This document shows positions 26,400 through 36,556 of a stretch of 64,000 nucleotides of DNA, piece by piece (the stretch's first letter is position 1; every line of letters starts with the position of its first letter). Under the pieces are notes generated by a model, which saw only the letters and a list, made by a program, of their open reading frames with translations, had not been told where the DNA came from and did no database searches. A program made the position numbers and the translations under genes. Location of the stretch: positions 1 to 64,000 of the forward strand of contig JBBTCT010000007.1 in NCBI GenBank assembly GCA_038060895.1. Direction: 5' to 3'. The stretch is from Planctomycetota bacterium. GTDB lineage: Bacteria; Planctomycetota; MHYJ01; WSZJ01.

Positions 26400-27119
26400 A
26401 TGGCCAAGAAGAAAATCGAGCCCGCCGCCGCGCCCGCCCCTCCGGCCCCTGAGCCGGTTGCGCCGGCTCCTGCGGAAGCTCCCGCCCCGAAGAAGCCGCG
26501 CGCGAAGAAGGTGGAGGAAGCACAAGTCCCCGCCGAACCGGCGATAAACGTCGACGCGCTTGCAGGCCCCGCCGAACCCGAGGGCGCCGAGCCCCCGATG
26601 GACGAGTCCTCGGCGATCGGCACCTTCGAGGCGCTCGTCTTCGCCACGAACGAACCGCTTCCCCCGGCAGCCGTGCGCAAGATTCTTCCCGGCGCGACTC
26701 CCGCGCGAGTCCGCCGGTGGGCCGAAGCGCTTCAGCGCGAGTACGACGAGCGAGGGCGTGCGTTCCAGCTGCGCGAAATCGCGGGCGGGTGGCAGATCCT
26801 GACGCGGCCGGAGCATGCGGAGGCGGTCGGGAAAATGCTGAAGGTCAAGAGCGAGGGCAAGCTCTCGACCGCAGCGCTCGAGACGCTGGCGATCGTCGCG
26901 TACCGCCAGCCGATCAACCGCGCGGACCTGGAATCGATCCGCGGCGTGGGAAGCGGCCCGCTTCTGAGAGCGCTGATGGAGAAGGGGCTCGTGAAGGTGA
27001 CGGGCAAGGAAGAGACGCTCGGGCGCCCGGTGCTGTACGGGACGACGGATCGCTTCCTTGAGCTCCTGGGGCTGGCGAGCGTGAAGGACCTGCCCAAGCC
27101 TGAAGAGCTGAAGGGTTGA
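26400..27119 (+). CDS. scpB: SMC-Scp complex subunit ScpB
   Basis: 'LSTAALETLAIVAYRQPINRADLESIRGV' and 'GRPVLYGTTDRFLELLGL'. Confidence 0.95.
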   Translation: MAKKKIEPAAAPAPPAPEPVAPAPAEAPAPKKPRAKKVEEAQVPAEPAINVDALAGPAEPEGAEPPMDESSAIGTFEALVFATNEPLPPAAVRKILPGATPARVRRWAEALQREYDERGRAFQLREIAGGWQILTRPEHAEAVGKMLKVKSEGKLSTAALETLAIVAYRQPINRADLESIRGVGSGPLLRALMEKGLVKVTGKEETLGRPVLYGTTDRFLELLGLASVKDLPKPEELKG

Positions 27120-27223
27120 GTTTGCCGATGTTTTGATTTCGGCCAGGTGTCAAGCCTCGTGACACGGCCTGCCCTTCCTTCCCTGCGGTGCCGCCCGGCA
27201 CCGGAATTGCAATCCTCACGGGC

Positions 27224-28516
27224 ATGAACCCTCGCATCCTCGTCGTCCTCGTGCTCGCCGCCGCGCTGGCGCTTCTCCTCGCACTCCGGCTCCGCAACCC
27301 GGTGAACGCCGAGTCGTCGCCGGAGAATTCCGCCCCGCGGTCAAAAGAAACGAGCGCCGCTTCCCCGTCCGTCATCGAAGAACCCGGCGTGAAGGCGCCG
27401 GCGTCCCCGGCTGCCGTAAAACTTCATGGCCTCCGGCTCCTCGCCCGGGAAGAAGCGGAGGCGCGCGGATGGGCGGCGCCGGTTCTGGTGAAGACGCCGG
27501 CCGAGATCATCGGCGAAGCCACGTGGCAGAAGTGGGCCGCGACGCCGATTTCGATCAACCTGACCGACGCGCCGCTCGCGGACCTGGTTGCGGACCTGAT
27601 GCAGCGGTACGGACTGCTGGCGAAAATCGACGAGGAGTACGTCGACGTCGAATCGCACACCGTGACGTTCCGGGTCGAGGAACTCGCGGCCGACCAGGCG
27701 GTCGACCTGATCCTGAAAATGGCCGATCTCGCGTGGTTCGTCGACACCCAGGGGACGCTCTGGATCACGACCAAGGATCGCGCGCGCGAGATCGCGGCGG
27801 AGCGCGCCCCGGTGCTCTCCAAGGCGGTGCAGTTCACGGCCTCGTGCATCCGCGGCTCCGGCCGCAGCACAAAGGATCAACCGTCCCTGGCCGAGCGCCG
27901 CGCCGCCTGGATGAAGGGCCGCACCGTGACCGTTTCGATCGCCAACAAGCCGCTGCTCGAGGCCGTCGAGGAACTCGCGCGGGCCGGAGGGCTGGAAATC
28001 TACAGCTGGTCGGAAGCGGCGCAGAAGGCGGTCGCGCTGGCACCGATTGCTTCGGTCATCGGCGAGAACCTCCCGCTCGACGCCACGCTCGAATCGCTTC
28101 TCGCCCCCGCCGGCCTTGGCCTTGACCTGTGGGGCGGTGACCGGGGCCAGATCGAAACGCGCGCGGAGCTTGAGGCCTTCGAGGAATGGGAGAAGTTTGC
28201 GAAGGAGTGCGCGAAGGAAGAGGCGAAAGAACGTGCGGCTTTCTCCGCGCGGAAAGTGCGGATTGAGGGCAAGGTCCTGACGCTCAAGGCCGTGGCCGCG
28301 CAGCTCGAGGCGCAGCTCGGCGAGCGAGTGATCGTCATGCCCGCGCTCGAGAACATCCACGCCGTCTGGGAAGCGGACGGGCTGGAGCAGACGGCGGGCG
28401 AGGTGCTCGACATCCTCGGCCGCGACGCACCACTGGACTGGGGCTGGATGCTCGAACTCGACCCGGATGAACCGAAGGAAGGCCCGCGACTCATCTGGCT
28501 GGTCAACCGCAGCTGA
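27224..28516 (+). CDS. Membrane-anchored protein with three STN/secretin-N0-like domains (paralog 1)
   Basis: N-terminal TM helix; three repeats of the pattern 'ISINLTDAPLADLV...VTFRVEELAADQAVDLIL...GTLWITT'. Confidence 0.7.
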   Translation: MNPRILVVLVLAAALALLLALRLRNPVNAESSPENSAPRSKETSAASPSVIEEPGVKAPASPAAVKLHGLRLLAREEAEARGWAAPVLVKTPAEIIGEATWQKWAATPISINLTDAPLADLVADLMQRYGLLAKIDEEYVDVESHTVTFRVEELAADQAVDLILKMADLAWFVDTQGTLWITTKDRAREIAAERAPVLSKAVQFTASCIRGSGRSTKDQPSLAERRAAWMKGRTVTVSIANKPLLEAVEELARAGGLEIYSWSEAAQKAVALAPIASVIGENLPLDATLESLLAPAGLGLDLWGGDRGQIETRAELEAFEEWEKFAKECAKEEAKERAAFSARKVRIEGKVLTLKAVAAQLEAQLGERVIVMPALENIHAVWEADGLEQTAGEVLDILGRDAPLDWGWMLELDPDEPKEGPRLIWLVNRS

Positions 28517-28672
28517 TCCACGCTGCTCGCGAGGGATCGGCGATGCCGGGACGTTGTCACCAACGAATGAAGAGGGCTTTGTAAGCGTTTTTGACATTTC
28601 GCCCGCCATTCCCCTTTTCTCGCGGGTTCCGCGCGGCACGCCCATTGCTTTCTCACCCGCCACCACAAACCT

Positions 28673-29920
28673 ATGAACACACTCCGAGCTGCGCTCCTCA
28701 CAGCCCTTCTCGGAATTCTCGCGCTTCTCATCGCGTGGGGACTCCGTCCGGGCACCGTCGAATCCCGCCAGGAAATCGCGGCTGCGTCGGCCGATGCGGG
28801 CGTGAAAATGCCGGCTCCGCCGCCGAAGCGCGACTTCCCTCGCCGCCCGGCCGCGCAGGACGCCGTCTTCGCGGACCCGCCGGAGGACGACGGGCCGGAG
28901 ATCGTTCATCCCTGGAGCGCCTACCTCAATCGGTGCGCGGAGATCGACGCGATCCTGCGCAAGAACGTCATCGACCTCGACCACACGGACAAACCCCTGA
29001 CGGACATTCTCCCGGAGATCGCAGAGAAACTCGGGCTGAAGCTGAACCTGGACTGCCCCGCCGAGATCACCGCCAAGAGAATCTCGTTCGCCGTCAAGGA
29101 TCTCATGGCGCTTCACGTGCTCCGGCTGCTCCTCCAGCAGTACGACCTGATGCAGGTCGTCGGCGAGGACGGGGAGATCTGGATCATCTCCAGGCACCCG
29201 ATGCCGGCCGAAGACCAACCCGTCTGGGCGCACGAGCCCGCGTTCATGGGCGAACTCCGGGCGATGAAGCTCGCGAGCGGCGAATTCGCGCCGAAGAAGC
29301 CCGTCGAGCCGAGCGTGACCCGGAACGAGACGGCGCTGAGCGAGGCTATGAAATCGAAGAGGATCTCCCTGAGCTTCACAGAGACGTCGCTTCCTGAGGT
29401 CGTCTCCTTCTTCCAGGAAGTGACGGAGCTGAACTTGATGATCGACCGGCGCCATGTTGACGATCCGGAGGCCACGGTCGTGAGCATGAACATTTCGGAT
29501 GCGTCCGTGGATGAAGCGCTCGGCAGCTGCCTGAAGGGAACCGACCTGGGTTACTACATGAAGCAGGGCGTGTTGATCGTGACGACGCAGGAGCACATCG
29601 AACAGATGCGCACCGCGGCGGACCTGGATGTGAAACTGCGCCGCGAAATCGCGGCCGCGGAAAAGGACCTGCTGTCGCGGCCGGTCGCGTTCGGCGCGGA
29701 GAACATGCGCCTGCGGGACGTGGCGGACATCCTGGCGAAGGGGCTCGGGGTGCCGTACCAGATCGACCCTGGAACGTGGTCGCGCAAGGCGCGGTACACG
29801 ATCGAGGAGCGCCAGCGCCCCGCGTCGGAGATTGTGGCGCTGCTGAAGAAGGGGGCGCCTCTCATCGTCGCGTACCGCAACGGGATCCTGTGGTTTCTTT
29901 CACCCGAGGGCGTCAAATGA
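28673..29920 (+). CDS. Membrane-anchored triple STN-like domain protein (paralog 2)
   Basis: TM helix; 'ISLSFTETSLPEVVSFF...NISDASVDEAL...GVLIVTT'; C-terminus 'YRNGILWFL'. Confidence 0.72.
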   Translation: MNTLRAALLTALLGILALLIAWGLRPGTVESRQEIAAASADAGVKMPAPPPKRDFPRRPAAQDAVFADPPEDDGPEIVHPWSAYLNRCAEIDAILRKNVIDLDHTDKPLTDILPEIAEKLGLKLNLDCPAEITAKRISFAVKDLMALHVLRLLLQQYDLMQVVGEDGEIWIISRHPMPAEDQPVWAHEPAFMGELRAMKLASGEFAPKKPVEPSVTRNETALSEAMKSKRISLSFTETSLPEVVSFFQEVTELNLMIDRRHVDDPEATVVSMNISDASVDEALGSCLKGTDLGYYMKQGVLIVTTQEHIEQMRTAADLDVKLRREIAAAEKDLLSRPVAFGAENMRLRDVADILAKGLGVPYQIDPGTWSRKARYTIEERQRPASEIVALLKKGAPLIVAYRNGILWFLSPEGVK

Positions 29921-31170
29921 AGCGCAATCACCGCAAGAAGGCTCTCGTCGTTTCGGGCCTGCTCACTGCCGCGCTGATTGCGACCTTCTGGCACTTCCAC
30001 GCGCGCTCCAGGACGTCCCCTCCTTCCGTCGCGTCCGGCGCTACGGTGTCGCCCTTCCTGAAGCCCGGCAAGAAGCCTCCCGCGCGCGATTTCAAGCGCC
30101 GGTCCGGTTATACGATCACGCCGCTGGCCGAGGGGGAGAAGCCGGACCCGGAGTCGCCGCCGCACCCGCTGGACGCCGAGATCGCGGCGCGTGAGGCGCG
30201 ATGGAAGCCCTGGCGCGAGACGCGTGTGGATCTGAATTTCACCGACATGTCGCTTCCCGACGCGCTGGCCGACTTGACGAAAAGGTATGGGCTGAAATTC
30301 CTCATCGCCGGAGTTGAGAACCCGGGCGACAAGACCGTGACGTTCCGCGTGAGCAGCCTGGCCGCGGACCAGACGATCGACCTCATCTTCAAGATGGCGG
30401 ACCTCAAGTGGGTGCTTGCGGCAGACGGCACCGTCGTCCTGCTGGGCTCCGAAGAGGACCGCGCGGCGTGGGAAGTGAAAGACTCCGACGAGCTCATGGC
30501 GCTGGAGGCGGTCGAGAAAGTGCAGGCCCAGGACAAGCGGGCGCGGGACCATGACAATGTGGACGACACGTACTGGACGTCGGTCAAGGGACGCGTCGTC
30601 GCCGGAGAAGTCGCGGAAGCAGAGCTGGACGACTCCCTGGACCTGCTTCACGAACAGGTGCAGCTCAATTTCGTCCTCTCCTCGAACGCGCGCCGTGCCA
30701 ATACGGAGAACCCGATGATCCCGGCGATCGCGGCCGGGCGTCCGCTGGCCGAGGCGCTCGACGCCTGGTGCGCCTCCGCCGGATTGGCGTGGAAGGTCAA
30801 GAACAGCCTTATCTACTTCGGCACCGTGGAAGAAATCGAGGCGGAGAAGCTCGCGGACAGCCAGCGGCGCGCGGAGCGCAAGGCGCTCTCGGGCGAACTC
30901 GCGACTCTTCTCGCCCGCAAAGTCCGCATCGGCGGCGAAAACCTCGCGATCCGGCAGCTCGCGGCGATGCTGGGCGAAGCGCTCGGCGTGCCGGTGCGGC
31001 TGGATCCTGTGACGTGGCACAGGGCGGCGCGCATCTCGCTCGAGGAAACCGAGCGTCCCGCGGAAGACGTCGTGCGGATCATCCAGGCCTCGGCTCCGGT
31101 CGTCGTCACGTACCGCGCCGGGATTCTGTGGTTCCTTGCGCCGGTGCCGCCGCCTCCCACGATCCGATAG
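29917..31170 (+). CDS. Membrane-anchored triple STN-like domain protein (paralog 3)
   Basis: ATGA overlap with paralog 2; 'VDLNFTDMSLPDAL...VTFRVSSLAADQTIDLIFKMADL' matches paralog 1; C-terminus 'YRAGILWFL' matches paralog 2. Confidence 0.72.
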   Translation: MKRNHRKKALVVSGLLTAALIATFWHFHARSRTSPPSVASGATVSPFLKPGKKPPARDFKRRSGYTITPLAEGEKPDPESPPHPLDAEIAAREARWKPWRETRVDLNFTDMSLPDALADLTKRYGLKFLIAGVENPGDKTVTFRVSSLAADQTIDLIFKMADLKWVLAADGTVVLLGSEEDRAAWEVKDSDELMALEAVEKVQAQDKRARDHDNVDDTYWTSVKGRVVAGEVAEAELDDSLDLLHEQVQLNFVLSSNARRANTENPMIPAIAAGRPLAEALDAWCASAGLAWKVKNSLIYFGTVEEIEAEKLADSQRRAERKALSGELATLLARKVRIGGENLAIRQLAAMLGEALGVPVRLDPVTWHRAARISLEETERPAEDVVRIIQASAPVVVTYRAGILWFLAPVPPPPTIR

Positions 31171-31179
31171 ACTGAGCCC

Positions 31180-33948
31180 GTGTACGAAGTTTCACCATCG
31201 GGTCCCGCGACGCGACGCGGGCCGGGGGCCGTCCTCGCAGCACTCGGCCTGATGCTGCTGCTGAGTGTCTCCTCGTTCGTCTTCTTCTTCCGCAAGGAAC
31301 AGGGGCCTCCCTTCGCCGACCCCTCGCCCGGGCGACCGGACCCGGTGGGATCGGCGGCCCCAGCCCCTTACTCGCGCATCCCGCCCGTCCCCGCACCGTT
31401 TGCCGACCGGAACGCCGACTCCCTTCCCTCCGGCGCCTTTGCTCGCCTGGGCTCTTCGCGCCTCCGGCACGGCGCCTCGGTGACCGCGCTGGCGTACTCC
31501 GACAAGGGCGACATTCTTCTCTCCGGGAGCGAGGACCGGACGATCAGCGCCTGGGACGCGGCGACCGGCCGCGAACTCTGGAGGCGCGTTACGGTTGATC
31601 CCGTCTCCGGCCTCTGGCTCCTCCCGGGCGGCCGGCGCTTTGTCGCCTGCAGCTCGGGAGACGCCGATTACCTCGTTTGCGACGTCGCCACCGGGGCGGC
31701 GATTCATCGATTTTTCTCCGCGCGGCTCAAGTCGGCATCCGTTCGCGAAAAGAAGCCCTTCAATGTGTCGGCCGACGGGAGCCGCATCGCGACGGTGGGA
31801 AGAGCCAACTCGGTCGCCGTCTGGAATCTGGCGGACGGATCGCTGGTGCGGGAGATTCCTGGAGTTGAGGCGCTTCCGCTCGCACTCGTCTTCGGCACGC
31901 CTGACCGGGTGATCGTGATCTACAAGGATGGAACGCTTCGATCGTGGGATGTTCGAAGCGGGAAGGCGGAGGAGCCCGGGTGGCTCGTGAAGGGAGGAGA
32001 CGGTCTGGCGGAAGTCGCCGCGTGCACAGGGGGTGCATTGATCGCCGCGGCCTATGGCGGCAATGTGGGCTTCTGGGACCTCGACAAGCGCGCGGAAAGG
32101 GCGATCGGCAGCCGCCGGGCGCGTTCGCTCGCGTTCTCGACAAACGGGAAGTTCCTGGCGGGCGCGTCGGCGGATGGAAGGCTCTGGATGCGTTACCTTG
32201 TGCCTCCCGTGTCCGAAGTCGAGTTGCCGGTGCCCGGCCTGGGAACGGCCACGGCGCTGGTTCCTTCGCCGGATGGACGGCAGGTTGCGGTCGGAACCTA
32301 CTTCGGAGTGATCCGGATCATCGACGTTGCGACGCGAACGGATGTCCCAACGCTCGAAGGTCACACCGCGCCCGTCACTTCCGTGGCCTTCATGCCCGGG
32401 GATCGAGGCGTGCTGACGGCAGGGGAAGACGGTCGCATCATCCTGTGGGACTCGATCGTCGAAAGGGCGCGGCACACATGGTCGCGGGACATCCTTCCCC
32501 TCGATGCGCGTGACTGGAATTCAGAAATGGTGAGAGTCGTCACTCCCGGAGCGATCGTGACCCTGATCCCGGGAGTGGCCACAAAGAACGATTCGACGCC
32601 GTTGACCAGGCCGGTCTTTGACAAGGTGTTCGCCGTCTCGCCGGACGGCCGCCTGCTCGCTCATGCCACGGCGCCGGCTCCGGGTTCGGCACTGGACGCC
32701 GCAACGACCGTCATCGTCCGCGATCTTGATCGCGGCAAGATCGTCTCGGAAATCCCGGTTTCCTCGGTTCCGGAATCCCTGGGCTTCAACAGGACCGGTG
32801 ACCGGCTGGCCGCAGCCTTGAAGAACCGCACCGTTTTCACCTGGAAGACGGAGACGGGCGAGGTCGTCGGCGCGGCATCGATCCCGACCAGCTTGCCCTA
32901 CCGGAATCACGTTCACTTTGCGCCAGCCGGATTCCTTGTCGTCATGGGAGGCGCTTATGACGCGCGCGCGATGACCGTCGGCGACACCAAGGCCGTGCTC
33001 GCAAGCCATCTCGGCGCCCTGCAGGGACAGAATCCGTTCTCGCCCGTCGGCTCCCGCCTCGCAGCGGTCGCATGGGGAAGCGCGTCCAACCTGCTGCTTC
33101 TCGACCGCCCGATGCACACGCACGGCGATTCGATGCTCAGGCTCAGCCGCGGTCGCGCCACCGCCCTGCGGTTCTCGCCCGACGGACGAACGTTCGCAGC
33201 CGGCCTCTCTGACGGCACGACGCTTCTCTGCTACGCGGACTGGAAAGGGCGAGGAAGGGCCCCCGAACCTTCTCGCGCCGAGTCGCTCGTCGAGAAGCCC
33301 GCGTCCGTCGGGACGATCCTCGACCTGAAGTTCGACCGGGATCTCTCGGGAACCGGCATCGTCCCGACGAGCATCGGTCGCGTGTCCTGGTCCGACGCAT
33401 TCGTCGAGGGCGCGCGCGGACAGGCGCTCCGCGTCGCTTCCGTCGAAAGAGGCCAGTCGCTCCAATTCCCGGAGTGCCGTGACCTGCCCGTCCCCCTCGG
33501 CTGGACCGTCCAGTTCTGGTGCCGCGCCGTTTCATGGCCTGCAGACACTCGCCGTATCCGCTTCCCGCTCCTGAACTGCGACCTCTTCGCCGTCGACCTC
33601 AGCGAAACCTCCCTCCCCACGTTCTATTACAAGACCTGCTTCCCCAACGGCGAGATCCAGGGACAGGGATCCTTTGAGCTGCCCCCCGAAGTCGAGGCCG
33701 GCGTGCCGGGCACATGGAGACACATCGCCGCGACTTGCGACGCGAAGCGCACCCGGCTCACCTTTTTCGTCAACGGTTCCTGCGCGGGGGAAGTCCCGGT
33801 GGCGTCCGCGTTGCCGACGCTCGTCGGCCCGCTCACCATCGGACTCCACGGCTGGGACGGCACACTTCGTGTCGTCGCACTCGACGAGCTCAGGATCGAC
33901 GACCGGGAACTCACCGCTGAGGAGATCGCGAAGAGCGCGCGTCGATAG
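31180..33948 (+). CDS. Membrane-anchored WD40-repeat protein with C-terminal LamG/ConA-like domain
   Basis: 'LPSGAFARLGSSRLRHG'; GH...WD repeats; 'WTVQFW...WRHIAAT...FFVNG...LDELRIDDRELTAEEI'. Confidence 0.85.
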   Translation: MYEVSPSGPATRRGPGAVLAALGLMLLLSVSSFVFFFRKEQGPPFADPSPGRPDPVGSAAPAPYSRIPPVPAPFADRNADSLPSGAFARLGSSRLRHGASVTALAYSDKGDILLSGSEDRTISAWDAATGRELWRRVTVDPVSGLWLLPGGRRFVACSSGDADYLVCDVATGAAIHRFFSARLKSASVREKKPFNVSADGSRIATVGRANSVAVWNLADGSLVREIPGVEALPLALVFGTPDRVIVIYKDGTLRSWDVRSGKAEEPGWLVKGGDGLAEVAACTGGALIAAAYGGNVGFWDLDKRAERAIGSRRARSLAFSTNGKFLAGASADGRLWMRYLVPPVSEVELPVPGLGTATALVPSPDGRQVAVGTYFGVIRIIDVATRTDVPTLEGHTAPVTSVAFMPGDRGVLTAGEDGRIILWDSIVERARHTWSRDILPLDARDWNSEMVRVVTPGAIVTLIPGVATKNDSTPLTRPVFDKVFAVSPDGRLLAHATAPAPGSALDAATTVIVRDLDRGKIVSEIPVSSVPESLGFNRTGDRLAAALKNRTVFTWKTETGEVVGAASIPTSLPYRNHVHFAPAGFLVVMGGAYDARAMTVGDTKAVLASHLGALQGQNPFSPVGSRLAAVAWGSASNLLLLDRPMHTHGDSMLRLSRGRATALRFSPDGRTFAAGLSDGTTLLCYADWKGRGRAPEPSRAESLVEKPASVGTILDLKFDRDLSGTGIVPTSIGRVSWSDAFVEGARGQALRVASVERGQSLQFPECRDLPVPLGWTVQFWCRAVSWPADTRRIRFPLLNCDLFAVDLSETSLPTFYYKTCFPNGEIQGQGSFELPPEVEAGVPGTWRHIAATCDAKRTRLTFFVNGSCAGEVPVASALPTLVGPLTIGLHGWDGTLRVVALDELRIDDRELTAEEIAKSARR

Positions 33949-33998
33949 CCGGCGCGCCACGTCTCGACCCGGTCCCGCTTCGCCACTACAATCGCCGC

Positions 33999-34991
33999 AT
34001 GCCGAAGCCGCGCGAAGACGAATCCCAGCTCGATGCGGCGCTGCGTCCCGCGACGTTTACGGAGTTCGTCGGGCAGAAGCAGGTCGTGGACAACCTCAAG
34101 GTCTTCCTCAAGGCCGCCCGCGACCGCAAGGAATCGGTCGACCACGTCCTCCTTAGCGGCCAGCCCGGGCTCGGCAAGACAACGCTCGCCGCTCTCGTCG
34201 CCCACGAAATGAAGGCGCCGTTCGTGACGACCAGCGGCCCCGCGCTCGAGCGCGCCGGCGACCTCGCGGGGCTCCTCACCCGCATCGAATCCGGCACAGT
34301 CCTCTTCATCGACGAGATTCACCGCCTCGCCCCGACCCTCGAGGAGTACCTCTACTCCGCGATGGAAGACCGCTTCATCAATATCGTCCTCGACTCCGGC
34401 CCCCACGCGCGCACCATGAAGCTCAACGTCCCGCCCTTCACGCTCGTCGGCGCGACCACCCGCGAGGGCATGCTCTCCGACCCGTTCCGCGCGCGCTTCG
34501 GCGTGCTGCTGCGGCTCGAGCCGTACCCGGAAGCGGAGCTCGTCCAGATCCTCACAAGAAGCGCTTCCCTGCTCAAGATCTCGCTCGACCCGGTGGGAGC
34601 GGAAGCCGTGGCGAAGCGTTCGCAGGGAACGCCGCGCCTGGCGAACCGCTACCTGCGGCGGGTCCGCGATTTCGCGCAGGTCGAGGGCGACGGCAAGGTG
34701 ACGGCGAAAGGCGCGAGCGCGGCGCTGGAGCGGCTCGGCATCGATGCGCTGGGGCTGGTGCCCATTCAGCGCCAGATCCTCGAAGTCCTGTCGAAGCACG
34801 GCGGCGGCCCGCTCGGGCTTAAGACGATCGGCGCGTACGTCGGCGAAGAGGAAACGACCATCGAGGACGTGCATGAGCCCTACCTGATCCGTCTCGGGTT
34901 CCTGAAGCGGACTCCGCGGGGGCGCGTCGCGGCGGAGGAGGGGTTGAAGCACGTCGGAGTAAAGGTCAAGAAGACACAGGAGCTCTTCTGA
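33999..34991 (+). CDS. ruvB: Holliday junction branch-migration helicase RuvB
   Basis: LRP..EFVGQ, GQPGLGKTT, FIDEIHRL, GATTR, GTPR and RTPRGR motifs. Confidence 0.97.
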   Translation: MPKPREDESQLDAALRPATFTEFVGQKQVVDNLKVFLKAARDRKESVDHVLLSGQPGLGKTTLAALVAHEMKAPFVTTSGPALERAGDLAGLLTRIESGTVLFIDEIHRLAPTLEEYLYSAMEDRFINIVLDSGPHARTMKLNVPPFTLVGATTREGMLSDPFRARFGVLLRLEPYPEAELVQILTRSASLLKISLDPVGAEAVAKRSQGTPRLANRYLRRVRDFAQVEGDGKVTAKGASAALERLGIDALGLVPIQRQILEVLSKHGGGPLGLKTIGAYVGEEETTIEDVHEPYLIRLGFLKRTPRGRVAAEEGLKHVGVKVKKTQELF

Positions 34992-35629
34992 TGGACGCGA
35001 TCAACCGCCTGATCGCCAACAATCGCGCCTGGGCCGCGCGCATGTCGAAGGAACGGCCGGGGTTTTTCGCTGCGCTCAAGGACCAGCAGACGCCCGAGTA
35101 CCTCTGGATCGGCTGCGCCGACAGCCGCGTCCCGGCCAACGAAATCGTCGGGCTGCTGCCCGGGGAACTCTTCGTCCACCGCAACGTCGCCAATCTCGTC
35201 GTCCCTAGCGACCTGAACTGCATCAGCGTGATCCAGTTTGCGATCGACGTGCTGCGCGTGAAGCACGTCATCGTCTGCGGGCATTACGGATGCACGGGCG
35301 TCAAGGCGGCGATCCGGGAGGAGGAAATCGGCGTGGCCGACAACTGGCTCATGCACGTGCGGCACACACGCGACCGGCACGAAAACGAAATCGACGGGCT
35401 TGAGACGGACGAAGCGCGCTTCCGCCGCCTCTGCGAAATCAACGTCGTCGAGCAGGTCCAGAACGTCGCCCACACGACGCCCGTCCAGCACGCGTGGCGC
35501 ACCGGACAGGAACTGACGATCCACGGGCTGATCTACGGGATCGAGGACGGGCTGATCAAGGACCTGGGAATCCGCGCGTCGAACAGGTCCGAAGTGACGG
35601 ACATTCGAAAGCGCGGCGCTCGAGGTTAA
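34991..35629 (+). CDS. can: Beta-class carbonic anhydrase
   Basis: WIGCADSRVP, HRNVAN and GHYGC motifs. Confidence 0.93.
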   Translation: MDAINRLIANNRAWAARMSKERPGFFAALKDQQTPEYLWIGCADSRVPANEIVGLLPGELFVHRNVANLVVPSDLNCISVIQFAIDVLRVKHVIVCGHYGCTGVKAAIREEEIGVADNWLMHVRHTRDRHENEIDGLETDEARFRRLCEINVVEQVQNVAHTTPVQHAWRTGQELTIHGLIYGIEDGLIKDLGIRASNRSEVTDIRKRGARG

Positions 35630-35677
35630 GATCGGGCTCCTGACGTCGCAGGGACGCCAGGGTCGAGGGAGAATCTG

Positions 35678-36547
35678 ATGTCGCTTCCCCAGCTTCGCAG
35701 CGGACGTGTGACGCGCGCCTGGCGCGTCGGGCCCGCTGTGTGCGCGCTGGTCGGGGACTGCAGGAGCGTGCAGGCCGCGGAGTACACGCACGTGATGTTC
35801 GCGGCGGTGCCGCCGGAGGCGCGCGCGCGGGTCGGGATCGTCGCCGAAATCAATCCGCTGGCGAGTTTCGGCGTGAGCGGCGGGTCGCACTACTTCGGCA
35901 TATTCGATCACAAGGGGCACCGCAATATCGACGCCGCCGATGAGTGGGCGGATGCGCAGGCGTTTGCGAAGCGAGCCCTGGAGGTCGTTGCGGAGAGCCT
36001 GGGGATCCGCGACCGGGCGGAGGAACTCGAGGTTTCTTCGGTGAGCCTTTCCCTCGGTGAACCTCCGGCGCTGACCGCCGGCGAACTCACGCTGCTTGGC
36101 CGCAAGGGCCCGTCCCCGGGGACGGCGACGGCGGGCGAAGTGCCGCTCGCCACGGTCGCATCGACGAGGACCGAGTCGGCGGGACCGGAGGGCGCGGAGC
36201 GGCTCTTCCAGTCCATCGCCACCCTCCTCGTGCTGGACGGCCGGCTATCACCGGCGGAGCGCGACCACCTCGGCGTGCTCGGGCGAGGGCTCGGGATCAG
36301 CGCGTCGACGGCTGACCGCCTGACGCAGCTGGTGCTCGGGGGCAAGAAGTCGATCCAGCTTCCTGGCGCGCCGGAAGGGCGCTGGCGTCTGTTCGAAGAA
36401 CTCGTCACGGCGGCCGCGGCGGACGGGGAAATCCACCCGACGGAATTGAAGGCGCTCGGCGCCATCGCCGCGAAACTGGGGCTTGAGCCGCGCGAGTTGC
36501 AATCGAGGCTGACCGCGGCGCTTGGACGCCTCAACAGCCGCCGTTAA
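35678..36547 (+). CDS. Hypothetical protein with C-terminal TerB-like domain
   Basis: Paired 'LVLDGRLSPAE' and 'AAADGEIHPTE' motifs. Confidence 0.6.
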   Translation: MSLPQLRSGRVTRAWRVGPAVCALVGDCRSVQAAEYTHVMFAAVPPEARARVGIVAEINPLASFGVSGGSHYFGIFDHKGHRNIDAADEWADAQAFAKRALEVVAESLGIRDRAEELEVSSVSLSLGEPPALTAGELTLLGRKGPSPGTATAGEVPLATVASTRTESAGPEGAERLFQSIATLLVLDGRLSPAERDHLGVLGRGLGISASTADRLTQLVLGGKKSIQLPGAPEGRWRLFEELVTAAAADGEIHPTELKALGAIAAKLGLEPRELQSRLTAALGRLNSRR

Positions 36548-36556
36548 CCTGAACCC

